Source: Mobula hypostoma (lineage: Eukaryota). Taken from it: DNA of 64,000 nucleotides. Position 1 is the stretch's first letter. The number at the start of each line of letters is the position of its first letter. The stretch spans positions 81,036,001 to 81,100,000 of the forward strand of contig NC_086108.1 in assembly GCF_963921235.1 (NCBI RefSeq), in the 5' to 3' direction. A model generated the notes under the pieces. The model did not search any database and was not told the DNA's origin. It was given only the letters and a program-made list of their open reading frames with translations. Shown here piece by piece: positions 36,875 to 49,214 of this stretch. Made by a program: the position numbers and the translations under genes.

Positions 36875-37725
36875 TGCTGTGGAGGTTTGCCAAAAATTTT
36901 GATGTCTTGCCAAATCTTCGCAAACTCCTCAGGAAGTAGAGGCGCTGTCGTGCTTTCTTCGTAATTGTACTTATATACGTGCTGAGCCCAGGACAGGTGC
37001 TAAAAAATGATAATACCAAGGAATTTAAAGTTGCAGTCCCTCTTCACCTCCGATCCTCCGATGAGAACTAACTCATGGACCTCAGGTTTCCTCCTCCTGA
37101 AGTTAACGATCTGCTCCTTTGTCTTGCTGACCTTAAGGAAGTTGCTGTTGTGGCTGATTTGTCAGAAATAGACCAACAACAAAATCAAAAGTGCTGATTA
37201 AGCAGTAACCGCGTACAGGGAAACCAGGCAGCGTTCTAACTGGCTGTATCACCGTCTGGTAGGGGAAGGGGGGGGTCCTTCTGTACAGGTTCGAAGTCAG
37301 CTGCAGAGAGTTGTAAACTCAGTCAGCTCTATCATGGGGACTAGCCCCTGTGTATGCGAGACATCTTCAAGGAGCGGTGCCGCAACTGGTGACGTCCATC
37401 ATTAAGGACCCTCACCCAGGACATGCCCCCTTTTCACTGTTGCCATCAGGAAGGAGGTACAGAAGCTTGAAGACACACACTCAACGATTCAGGAACAGCT
37501 TCCCCTCTGCCATCTGAATGGACATTGAACCCATAACACTACCTCACTACATTTTTATTTTTGTTTTTGCATTACTTATTTAATTTGACTATTTAATATA
37601 TATACATCTTGTCTGTAATTCACAGTATTTATTCTATATTATCATGTATTGCATTGTGCTGCCGCGTGTTGAACAAATTTCATGACATTTGCTGGTGATA
37701 TTAACCCTGATTCTGATTCTGATTC
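36875..37725 (+). mobile_element. Rex1/Babar LINE with an inverted 5' segment
   Basis: 36875-37180 is minus-strand RT C-terminal sequence (ORF 36807..37019); 37228-37725 is its direct plus-strand continuation ending in (CTGATT)n. Confidence 0.75.
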
Positions 37726-38977
37726 TACTTGAATGACTGAGCTTCTCCAGGATTTCTGATCTCGGTTCAGATTCCAGCATCTTTCCCACTAACAGCAGAA
37801 TCAGCAATTTGTTCGCCTCCTTCTGTAGTGTTTAGACAGCAAAAGACCAGGGTGGGTGTGCCCCTTTCAATTGTTTTGATCAAAGATTCCACCACCTTCT
37901 CAAAGGTCTTCATTAGCTCAGCCCCAGCAGCGGTTTCTGAGCCACAGAAAGTCGATTGCTTTGTGTTGTCGAGTGCCTGTTGAAGTGCTTTTGATGATAA
38001 TGGTAACAAGCACCCGAGGGCAGCAGCCTGATTTTCAGCCCGGTGTGACAGGCTGACTCCATCTGACGAGTGACAGATGTACTGGACCAGATGGAGGTTT
38101 ATTGTGGGAGATTTCAATGAAAACATTGACTGAAAGGAAGAGGAGCTTTTTAATTTCCTGAATAGTGCACCAGTGAAGACAATGTTCGAGGGGAGTAGTA
38201 AAAAAAATTATAAACATGCATCTGCTTGATTTAAGCTGGTGAATTAGACATGTTTAACAGGACTTTGACTGTAGAGCAGCTGCTCCCTCTCTATATGTGC
38301 TGTAGGTACTTGACAAAACTTGAAGCATACTTTGTCTACTTTGATCAGGTTAAGTGAGTGATAGATAAGTAAACAGAGATTAACAGGTGCCTGCATGGCA
38401 TTAATTCAATTAAATTGTTCTCATAACAACTGTGCTGGATCTTGCTATGTGTAAGATAGCAGACTGCTATTGGTGAGTTATGAGAAATTCATCATCTCAG
38501 TGACTAATACAATGGACTAGTTATATTCATGGCCTACGGTCTAAATACAAATAGCAGCTTAAAAGCAAGCAAAGGATGGGAAGCAATTTCAAAATGTATC
38601 AAACATGATGACCTATTGATACGCAGACATATGGAGTGTAAAAGTAACTGATCTGCATTCAACCAAAGCCTGTTGCAAGTTAGAATTCTGTAGCTCTGAA
38701 TGGTCTATCATTCATCATTGCAGGAAAAATTACAGTTCACAACAGGATACTCAGCAGTGGTGCCAGAAATATATGGAGGCTGAATACTAAAATTACACAA
38801 GTTATTTCCCGTTGAGGGCATTGGGCTGCATCCTTCAGAAAGAGTGCTACTTTATTTGGTGTACACTCCAGCATTTTGTAGTCGGCACAGGGAAAACATG
38901 AAGTGTAGTTTTTCATTTTTCCTTCCTGGGGTTGGAGAATCCTTCGAGTTCTCGCGGAAGATAGGAGTGGGATTACC

Positions 38978-39163
38978 GGCCAGTGGTGGAGCAGCATCCG
39001 CACTGGACTTGGCGACAAGTGGTCCCGGATTTGAAACCGGCCGGCTCCCGGCACACTTTCCATCCATGCTAAGTTGAGTGTCCAGCTAGCAACTCGGCTG
39101 AATAAAAAACAGACAAAATGCTAAAAGAAGCAGCAAGGTTGCCACCCGATGTGGAAAGGAACA
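38978..39163 (+). mobile_element. tRNA-derived SINE with an RTE-like body
   Basis: A box-like tggtggagcagc and B box-like ggatttgaaaccg; gctagcaactcggc..gaaaggaaca 3' part. Confidence 0.6.
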
Positions 39164-40264
39164 TAGGAATAGGATGGTGGATATGGTAATACGGGTGTGC
39201 TGCCCGATTTTCATCTCTGCCCTCCGACTGAGCCATTGTTTATCCCAATGCAGTCCAAATACAGATCATTCCGAATTCATCCAGCTACGATTAAATACAA
39301 AAATAATGTTGGTCAGTGTCGACTTCCTTGAAGTGAGAACTTAGCCCCAGAAACAGAACTATAATATGTAAATGAGGATAAACTAGAGCTAATGGTGCGT
39401 TCTTCCCTGATAGCATGAGACTTGCTCAGTATCTATTTGTCTCTTTGTTAGACTTCATGGTAGAACAACTGACTGATAAAGGGGATGAAGAAAACTAATT
39501 TAATCAATTTAACAGAAGTCTGTTCTGATATACTTTCAGCAAACTTAGATAGGGTCAATACTGTTATAACAAAAATTGACCTTAAAAGAGAATTCAGGTG
39601 GTAGTTACCTCCTTCTAGGCTTTGAATAAACTGCTGCTTTCATTGACCAAACCGTGATATGGTGTGCTGTGGCTCAGTTAAAGCATTGGTACTTGAGCAC
39701 AAATATCCAACATTTAACAGTGTTACAAGAAGGTGGTTGTCTTGGCAATACGCTGTCAAGATATCATCTGTGATGAGGTTATCCAACCCCCAACCCCTGC
39801 TTATCAGAAACTGGCAAGATCATAGGACTCTTGCCACAAACGCTCCAGATTTAATATTATATTCTGCAGATGAATACAATACTGGTTTCACAGTAAGCTC
39901 ACCAATCTTTTTGATCTATAATACAAAAATGCAGAACATATGGTATAATAGATTCTCTGATTTACTCTTGACTACTGATACTATCTCTCATCCACCCTCT
40001 ACTTGTTATCAATATCTCCCAGACATACCTCAGTGAATGAAAATATATAAAAAACAACTGCAGATGCTGGATTTCTGAAATAAAATCAGAAAATGATGGA
40101 AACAATGAGCAGTTCAGACTACATCTGTAGAAAGGGACATAGTTAATGTTTCAGATCAGGGATTCTTCTTAGGAATTGTCAGTGCTGGCAAACTGAAATA
40201 TGAGCTGTTCCTCTTTCCACAGATGCTGTCCTGCTGAACGTTTACAGTATCTTCTGCTTTTGTA

Positions 40265-40560
40265 TCTCGTTCCCTGAACCTGATCAATGTAAATACCAAG
40301 ATGCAAATTCACAACGCTTGAGAGACCTCTCAGAGATACGTCTAACCAGTAAACCCATATGGAAGAAGATGAGTCTCTATCTCAAGCACCACAGAAAAGG
40401 CAAAACTTTGCAAATGGCTTTAGCCACTAGAACAACTGGTGCAAGCTGAACTGCATCCAGGCATCTTATGCAGTGATATAATCAAACATTTGCCAGCTGG
40501 AGAATGAGGCAAATACCCATGTGCAACTACGGCCATCTAGCACCATTGAAGTAACGCGCT
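40265..40560 (+). mobile_element. Ancient RTE-X-like LINE 3' fragment
   Basis: Decayed C-terminal coding remnant (..ggcaaaactttgcaaatggcttt..ccaggcatcttatgcagtg) resembling the RTE-X knuckle region. Confidence 0.4.
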
Positions 40561-40574
40561 ATTTCTGTGTAACA

Positions 40575-40790
40575 CTTGAAGAAGGGTCTCGGGCCGAGAC
40601 ATCAACTGTTTATTCCTTTCCATAGATCAGAGGTTCCCAACCTAGGGTCCACGACCCCTTGGTTACTGGTAGGGGTTCATGACAAAAACAGTTGGGAACT
40701 CCACCATAGATACAGCCTGACCTGCTGAATTCCTCCAGCATTTTGCATGTGTTACTCTGGATTTCCAGCCTCTGGAGAATCTCTTCTGTT
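40575..40790 (+). repeat. Penelope pLTR with a decayed hammerhead core, interrupted by a 76-bp hAT MITE (40628-40703)
   Basis: ttgaagaagggtctcgggccgagacatcaact; MITE TIRs cagaggttcccaac / gttgggaactcca with perfect 8-bp TSD CCATAGAT (40620-40627, 40704-40711). Confidence 0.75.
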
Positions 40791-41524
40791 TATGATTAAT
40801 TCTGACTTTATTCAATGCTGAGGTTCAAAAAGTATCCCCTGAGGGAGGATTTGACCCTGTACTGTGAAAAGCACATCTAAAAAGTAGGTAACAGTACAAT
40901 TATAATGGAATGCATTATCACAAACTTTGCTTTGGATGCAACACAGTAATTCCTGGCTGGGTGTATAAAAATATTCTGAAGATCATTCCTTGAAATAATT
41001 CATCTCTAATAACTATCTTCAGATTGTAGAAAGGAATCAGCTTTAATAGAAGCTTGCAAAAAAGTCATTCCAGTTCAATATAAAATAAAAGAAGACTTGC
41101 GTTGATGTTCTGCCTTCCACAACATCAGGACATCCCAAAATGACTTACAGACAAAGAGGAGAATCAGAAGTGTGGTCATTTAAATGGGAAACACAATGGG
41201 CCACAAGAATCTCCCAAAACAGTTATATGGTACTGAGCAAGTGAAGTGCTAGTTGAGAGTTAAATATTGCCCAGGTTGGAAGGGATAGCGCCCCCTTTCT
41301 GTAAAACAGCACTCTGGCATTACATAGAGCTGGGAGAGTACTTTGAGTTGACAGGAATGGATGCTCAGCAGAGCAATATTCCCAAAGTACTAACTACACT
41401 ACCTGTCAGCAACGATTTTTGGAACAAAATCTCCAGAGTGGGCCATGAACTCACAACTCTCTGATTGAGAAACAAGATTGCTAATTGCTGAGATGATGGT
41501 TGACACCCAAACCATAGGATACTT

Positions 41525-41800
41525 GGGGGCACCTGGTAGTGTTATCATGATGCTATTACAGCTCAGGGTGCCGGAGTTCTGAGCTCAATTCCGGCATCCC
41601 CGTAAGAACTTTTGTACGTCCTTCCCGCCCCATGAATGTGTGGGTTTCCACAGGTGCTCTAGTTTCCTCCCACAGTCCAAGGATTAGTAGGTTGATTGGT
41701 CATTGTAAATTGCCCTGTGATTAGGCTAGGGTTAAATAGGTGGTGTGGCTCGTTAGGCCGGAAGGGCCTATTCTGTGCTATATCCCCAAATAAAAAAAAT
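41525..41800 (+). mobile_element. V-SINE/HE1-like SINE
   Basis: gtgggtttccacaggtgctctagtttcctcccacagtccaa core; CR1-like 3' end and A-rich tail. Confidence 0.75.
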
Positions 41801-43274
41801 AAAATAAGGAAATATAGAATCTCATTCAAACCTTCCATTATATTCTATCTACTGATTGTAAGTAAACCTGTGACATAGATTTCGCTGGGGCCTGACATTT
41901 AGAAGTATTTGCAATTTGCTAGTAAATACTGGAGGGTTTGAGAATTCTTCATAAATGTGAAAGCTCAGGACTTGTGAGTTGAGCTTCTGAATTCAAAAGT
42001 GCAAATAGTGACTTTTCAGAGTATTACCTTAACTTTAAAAAATAATTTATTTGTGCAGTTTTCTATTTTATTTTTGATAGATTTTAGATATTTCTGGATG
42101 TCAGGTACATCTAGAAGTGTTGAAAAACCGTGACAGTTTTACCTTCAGTCAAACTTTCTCCAAGGAGTTTGGTGGGCATGCAACTCTGGGCCAGGGTCTG
42201 GGATAACAAGGACGGGAGCTGTTGTGAATCAACCCTTCAACTCCTGGAAAGCTATCTCAGCTTCTGGAGTCCAGTCAAATGGACTGGAGCTTTCCTCAGT
42301 CAGAACAGTAAGGGGTGCTGCAATGGAGCAAATGTTGTGGACAAATCTCCGTTAAAAATGAGCAAAACCCAGAAATTGCTGGAGCTGCTTGATTGCGGTG
42401 GGTTGCAGCCAAAACCTGAGGGCCTGGGTCTTGCTAGGATCTATCTGCAGATTCCCCTTAGAGCCAATAAATCTGAGGAAGGAGACTGTGGAGATGTGGA
42501 ACTCACTTTTCTCCACTTTAGTGGATAGTTGGTTCTGGAGGAAACATTGAAGGACCTGTCAAACATGTTGAATGTGTTCATGTGGGCTTGGACAAGATGA
42601 GTACATCATTCAGGTTCTGTACATAATGTCAATGATTGATCATCTCCTGGACAGCATCATTGTCAAGGGCCTGGAAGACTGCTAGGGCATTGACTAGACC
42701 GAGTGGCATCACAAGATATTTATAGTTGCCAGTTAAAAGCAGTCTTCCTTTCATCACCCTCCCGAATGCGGACCAGGTTAAATGTGTTTCAGAGGTTCAG
42801 TTCAGTAAAGACGGTCGCCTCTTGCAGCAACTCAAAAGCTGTGGTCATCAGTGGCAAGGGGTACCGATTCTTCACATTGATCTTATTAAACCTCCATGAT
42901 CCATACATGGTCGAAGTCCACCATCCTTTTTTGCGACAAAGAAGCCCACACCAGCAGGTCATGTGGAACGGTGGATGAAACCAGTTGCTAGGGCATCATG
43001 GCCACCCTCTCTGGAGCTGAGTAGAGATTTCCTCAGGGAAGGTAGGTTCCAGGCAGCGATTCCATTGTGCAGTCATAGGTTCAATGAAACAGGAGTGTTG
43101 TGGTCCTTCTCTTTCTGAAAACCTCCAACAGGACTGCGTACTAAGGACAGCCCAAGAGAGGCAGGAACACAGCCCGGAAGGCCCAGGGCTGGTGGCAAGA
43201 GGACCATTTGTGGAGTTCACCAGTAGACCAGTCAATCCGTGGGTTGTGGACGGCCAACCAGGAGTGCCCTAAGG

Positions 43275-44149
43275 TGGTGGTCTCCAACCACCAGGCCGCA
43301 AACCGGTATCGGGCCGCAAAGCATGTGCTTCTGGGCCGCGCGGAAACGATGTGATTTGGCGATATGAAATGATATGAGTCAGCTGCACCTTTCCTCATTC
43401 CCTGTCACGCACTGTTGAACTTGAACATAGGGTTGCCAACTGTCCCATATTAGCCGGGACATCCCGTATATTGGGCTAAATTGGTTTGTTCCATACGGGA
43501 CCGCCCTTGTCCCGTATTTCCCCCGCTAAGGTAGAGCGTTCCTATGAAACCGTTTGTAAACCGAAATGGCGTAAAGCGAAGAAGCAATTACCATTAATTT
43601 ATATGGGAAGAATTTTTGAGTGTTCCCAGACCCAAAAAATAACCTACCAAATGATACCAAGTAACACATAAAATCTAAAATAACACTAACGTATAGTAAA
43701 AGCAGGAATGATATGATAGCAACACACATAAAAAATGCTGGTGAACACAGCAGGCCAGGCAGCATCTATAGGAAGAGGTACAGCCGATGTTTCGGGCCGA
43801 GACCCTTCGTCAGGATAAATACACAGCCTATATAAAGTAGAAATAATGTATGTACAGTGTAGTTTCACTTAACAGAATCGGGAAGATAAAGCCAAAACCG
43901 ATTATTAGAAAAAAAATTGGCACATACACACATGCACACACGGGTGCCCGTGCAATGCTTCACGGTCATGGTAGTCTTTCTCAGGGTAAACACAAATGTC
44001 CCATATTTGACTGCTACTCTTGTCCCTAATTTGGGAGTGAGAAAGTTGGCAACCCCACTTGAACAACCCCCCGACCCCCGTCGGCCGGTCCGCAAAAATA
44101 TTGTCAATATTAAACTGGTCCGCGGTGCAAAAAAGGTTGGGGACCCCTG
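43275..44149. mobile_element. hAT MITE containing a second hAT-type MITE (43428-44057), which holds a Tigger-like piece and a Penelope pLTR (about 43720-43815)
   Basis: Outer TIRs tggtggtctccaacc / ggttggggacccctg, TSD (C/T)CCTAAGG 43267-43274 and 44150-44157. Inner TIRs tagggttgccaact / agttggcaacccca, perfect TSD CTTGAACA 43420-43427 and 44058-44065. Confidence 0.85.
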
Positions 44150-44935
44150 TCCTAAGGTCAGTGGGATCACAGGAGAATAAATAAGGTGAAAATGGATAGT
44201 CTTGGTATGCTGTTCTATACGTAGACAAAAGGGAACAGTGAGGTGGCAGGTCCTCGCAGAGGTCTTCTGTCCAGAGCCGTGGCCGTAACTGGTGGTTGAG
44301 CTGGGCCAGAAGGAGGATTCTGCCAAGTCTTGCTAACTCAAGGTCCATGAAATCGCCTGTTATGACAGAATCCACGGAAGTTCCAAGGGCATGTTGTTGT
44401 TTTATCCCAGGAGATGGAGGTAGACAGCATGACCTTGGATGTAGCAGACCTGGGCGGAATGGTAGAGACAGTCACAGACCTCCGCTCCGTGGATGGGTCA
44501 GAAAGTTTTCTCGCCAACTCAGGACAGATGGAATGGAAACGGTTTGGTTCACCACAGCAGAGGCAGCATCTTCATTTATTGATCTCGCTCGGCTGGTTCT
44601 GCCGAGTGGTATCTGCTCCGCTGGAGGATGTAGAAGGGAACCGGGGGGTGGTGTGTGGGATGTGCATGACTGCACTGGAAATGATAGGACTGGAGAGGCT
44701 TGAAGACTGGCTGCCCTGGAGGACTCACTGCAGCACCCTCTTCTTTCCTGGTACCAGAGGTTTTTGCAGACCCAGGCGATTTCTTCCAGTTCGTCCGCAA
44801 AACAACATCCTCTTCTTCTTTTCTCTTGTCTGTCTTTTCAAGGTGGATGGGGTCTTGTTGTAGTCCATGAACTACAGCTGCAGCTCAAACTAGGGTTCTC
44901 CATGGGCGCACTGTTCTTGTTCTCGGAATCACCAT

Positions 44936-45078
44936 GCAGCCTGACGTCGATACGTCCAGGTGTGGCCTGTAAGACATGTACCTTCAGGGTACGTCCCCGG
45001 ACGACTAGATTCCTCGCCAATGTCGCCAACTGAAGCTTCGTGGGAGATTGAAAAATTGATTCAGCAGGTGCACTCGAG

Positions 45079-45113
<35 letters not shown>

Positions 45114-45233
45114 TCTTGATGGTGAGTGAGAGTCTGTTGGTTCTCGAGTTGGGGAACTCGGATAAGCGACGTGGCAGATTGTAATATTGAACCAGTGAGC
45201 TGCTGGTCTCCCGCTCGCACTTGTTGCAGAAGT

Positions 45234-45273
<40 letters not shown>

Positions 45274-45618
45274 ACTAGTGAGGGAGATCCTGCCTGAGAT
45301 GTTGAAGTGCTGGGATGGACAGTAGTTTTTTGATGGACTCTGGACCATGGTCTCTTGGGGGGCTTTGCTGTTGCTTGCATGGTGGGTGGTGGGTTTAATG
45401 CTTTTGCTGGGGCAAGTTGGGGGAGGAGGAGGGGGAGGTTGATGCTTTTGCTACTGCTTATGCTTGGGAAGGGGAGGAGGGCTTTGGGGTTCTAATGTTT
45501 CTGTCATTCATTCATTTGGGTTTTTTTCTGTTTCATGGACGTCTGCGAAGAATAAGAATTTCAGGTTGTATACTGTATACGTTCTCTTATATTAAATTGA
45601 ACCATTTCAACCATTTGA
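44936..45618 (+). mobile_element. Non-autonomous LINE-tailed repeat with two (CT)n microsatellites, inserted in Gypsy gag
   Basis: Interrupts gag; (CT)n at about 45082-45110 and 45236-45270; 3' end attaaattgaaccatttcaaccatttga. Confidence 0.55.
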
Positions 45619-47169
45619 TTATCGAATGGAGGTATTGATAAGAGTCTCAACATGTTCAACTGGGTCTCAGGCTGCCAATGCATCTTTAATTTCATGGAAG
45701 AACATGGCTGTTAGTGCTTTGATTTTCCAACTACTCTCTGCTGCCAGATTGCGGAACTCAGTTGCGTAGTCAGCCATCCTACGGGTATCTTGACAAAACT
45801 GGAGGAGTCAGTTGGCCAGCTCTCATCTGCTGACTGGGTGGTCAAACTCTCCCTGATGAAGAGACATAAGTCCACCCAGCTTGGAGACTTCTTCTTCCAG
45901 AGCACCGTAGCCCAGATGAGAGCTTTGGAGAGAAATGATATTTGCTGCAGTTGGACAGGAAGATAGCGGGCTGCAGCTTGAAATCCAGAGAGCACTACAT
46001 GAGAAATCCTCTATATGTCCCCGAGTTGCTATCAAATCTCTTGGGCGCTAGTGGGTTCAGAGACCAAGGAGATGGGGCGGTAACAGGCTTTTGCCGGCTC
46101 AGCCGGATGATTACAGTGACCATCCACAGGCATGTCAAGATCTGCTGGAGAACCACGCTCATTGTGACTTCCTGGCTGGCCAGTACTGACCAGAGGTGCT
46201 CACACACTGCAGGGTCCATGTTTTGTGCTCAGTCCTGCTGTAACAAGCGGTGGTTGCCAGGCTGGGTTAAACTGGGGTAGTTATGACGAAGTTCAGTATC
46301 TCCAACTCATGCACTACCAGGAGAGATATAAACCAGATGGGCCCAAGTCCAGAGGAGATCAAAGACAAGGATGGAGTTGAATGAAGCATCTTTACTGTAG
46401 AACTGGTTTGCAGGGAAATCAAGAATCATTACAACAGGGTAAGTAAGCTCAAGGCTGTGTAGAGACAAACAAAACAGAGGGAACTTAAATAGAGAAACAA
46501 AACAAGGCACAGGTACACTGATAATTTAAAAGAGACATCATTGGAAATATTCAGGGGAGGAGGAACGTCAGTGCCTGGAAGACTCTGATGCCCCCTAGTG
46601 ATCATTCTGAAGCATGACATTCACATAATATTGGATTATACAAGTCACATTCAGTGAAAATTAATAATAATGTTGTTCAAAATCACCATGACACAAAATA
46701 TTAGATGTGAAATTTAAGGGGAATTTTCCTACCACTTAGTTTAGTTTCAATCTTCTAGAAGAGCATCTAAATGAGATGGCTTTACTTAAATGAAGAAAAT
46801 CTAATATGGTCTTTGGGAAGCATTGAAATTGAGGCAGTAATTTGATACAATATTTCAACATTATGAATAGGTTTGTTTATGTTGACCATTTCATCATATA
46901 TGAGGAACAGAATACATCTTATTTTTTATTCTCAAAATTATAGAACATAACAATATCCAATCAAACATAACACTCAAGAAAATAGAATGCAGTCATTGAT
47001 AATTAGATCTAAGTTATAAAGAAATAAACTTTCAGAGAAAATACACACTGGAAATGTGAATTACAGCCAATCAAAGTATAGAAAATGATGTCCTTGTATT
47101 TAAGTGATATAGTATGGTTCATTATGCAATTCATAGTGAAAATGGATATACTTTTTAAAAGACTTTATT

Positions 47170-47590
47170 ATAGAGTCATAGAAAAGTACAGGACAGAAAC
47201 AGGCCCTTCAGCCCATCTAGTCCTTTCTGAACCATTAAAATTGCATACCCCCATTGACTTGCATCTGGACCATAGCCCCCCACACCCTGACCATCCATGT
47301 ACCTATCCAAACTTCTCTTAATCATCGAAATCGAGCTCGCATGCATCACTTGAGCTGGCAGCTCATTCCACACTGTCACAACCCTCTAAATGAAGTCATT
47401 TCCCCTCATGTTCCCCTTAGACATTTCACCTTTCACCCTTAACCTATGACATCCAGTTGCCGTCCCATCCACCCTCAGTGGAAAAAGGCCTGTTTGCATT
47501 TACCCTATCCATACCCCTCATAGTTTTGTATACCTCAATCAAATCTCCCGATCTTCTACGTTCCAAGGAATAAGGTCCTAAACTATCCAT
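47170..47590 (-). mobile_element. CR1 3' fragment
   Basis: ORF 47176..47379 (VWNELPAQV..FKRSLDRYM-like); tail. Confidence 0.8.
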
Positions 47591-48239
47591 TCAATGACGT
47601 TGCTGCCAAAGAAGCCTTTAGTTCAAAGGGGCTAACTTGATAACTAAGAGTTTAACTGGCTGAAACCCTGTAAGAAGAGTTCTGGGTAAATCTCTTTTAT
47701 TTTCACACTAGTTGTGTCCAAAAGCCATTGTTCTTTCAGAGCTAGGAGGAGAAGTTTGCAGGCAAATGCTGCTGACTGGCATGCTCCAAGGTGCAGGAGT
47801 GTTTTTTGAGGGATGCACTGAAATTCTCTGCAGGCATTGGGAAAGGCTTTCTGGGAAGAACTACAGTCATGGGTCCTGCTGCCACAGGACGAGTGTACAG
47901 CTCTCAGATGCTTAATGGATTCATTGTTTAAGGAGGAAACATGAGTGTCCTTGAGGTAATGTAATAATATGTATTAAATTGATGTACAATGAATGTAGAG
48001 AAAGATGTCCTGTAACTATTATAAATAAAGTACACTATTTAGAAAAAAATAGTAATTTCAGAGTATTGCTGGATTGCAAATTTGGATTGGTAACAAGGAC
48101 TGTGTGATCTTTTTTGGATGCAGTGGCCTCTTTGGGTCCAACCGAAGATGTAACTATTCATCATTTACACCTTTTTCACAATCACAGGGCACTGCTGGTT
48201 ATCAAGAACACAAAGTATTGCAGGTCTACCCCCTAGAGA

Positions 48240-48925
48240 ATTGTTAGATAGCGGTGGAGCTGGGCGTGTTACACACCCTGTTACAGCCTCCCAGGGAAGA
48301 AGGCATCAGAGGCGGTAGGCAGAGGCAGTACGCCATTCAACAGACAGTGCAGGTGATTGCTTTGGATGTTTTGGGTTTTGGATCGCAAGACCCTGTTGGA
48401 CATTGGCAAAGTAGAATACTGCACATCCTTTCATTGGTGAGACTGATGGCAGGGAAGCTGCGTGGCCTCGGTTGTGGTGCATCGGGCCCTCATTCACGCC
48501 CCCGGGTTGTCTGTTGATGCTGGACCTGGCTGTGCTGCTGAATTCTGCACTGGGTTGGCAGCTGGCCCCTCCTGTTGGTGCTGCTCTCTGCTGCTTGCTC
48601 AGCGGAAGACAAGCTGGATTGTATTTTCCTGTGGCTGCACTGTGTGATATGAGGAACTGCTGCGGGCTGTTCTTGCAGAAACGTGGCTCCAGGATAACAT
48701 CCATGCACCAGCAATCTACAGGCCATGGTACTCAGGAACTTGGGCTATAGTATGTTTTCTAAATTTCTTTTGTAACAATATGTTTTTCTGTTATCATAAT
48801 TAAATGTGCTGTGTTCTGTGTGTGACTGTTGGTTCTGTGTTTTGCACCTTTGCTTGAGGGGAACATTGTTCTGTTTGGCTATATTCACATGTACGGTTGA
48901 ATGACAATTAAACTTGAACTTGAAT
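48240..48925 (+). mobile_element. Non-autonomous LINE-tailed repeat
   Basis: 3' UTR-like end tgtacggttgaatgacaattaaacttgaacttgaa with a short tandem tail; no coding motifs. Confidence 0.5.
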
Positions 48926-49214
48926 TTGCAATGGAATGGATTAAATTTCACTGTAAACTTGTTAATTATTCATGTGCTTTATAAAAATAATCAATGTTGC
49001 TTTAAAGTTACTAAACAGTTAATCTCTCTACCTCACAGAAGAAGTAGACAAATTGAGTATTTTGCTATCACACAGGCTGATAGATCTCCAGGCTGTGCTT
49101 TTCTCTGATGGAATAGATGGAAAGGAATGGATTTTTCTTAATGTCTTTCATGTCATTACATGCCAATATATTCTTCATCTAATTTAATTATAACTCATGT
49201 GTTATAATGAAGGG

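Larger units (their letters stand above)
42130..46619 (-). mobile_element. Degenerate sushi-like Ty3/Gypsy element (5' LTR, gag, protease, RT) with nested insertions
   Basis: LTR TG..CA at 46239-46619; gag MDPA..PKRFDSNSGTYRGFL (45995..46219); protease DSVITGDFMD (43905..44375); [35 protein letters not shown] near 42740-42785. Confidence 0.85.

Noticed and set aside
37767..38126. 119-aa minus-strand ORF
   Set aside because: No recognisable domain or splice context; its end runs into a Penelope-like tail remnant.
38978..39050. tRNA gene
   Set aside because: A/B-box-like motifs but no clean cloverleaf or terminator; continues into a SINE body.
39659..40036. 125-aa plus-strand ORF
   Set aside because: No recognisable protein; adjoins decayed LINE sequence.
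44838..45380. ORFs with ERERER runs
   Set aside because: Translation of (CT)n microsatellites in a non-coding repeat.
44296..46280. PEG10/RTL1-like domesticated gag gene
   Set aside because: Multiple frameshifts, nested insertions and a retained LTR; an ordinary decayed Gypsy element.
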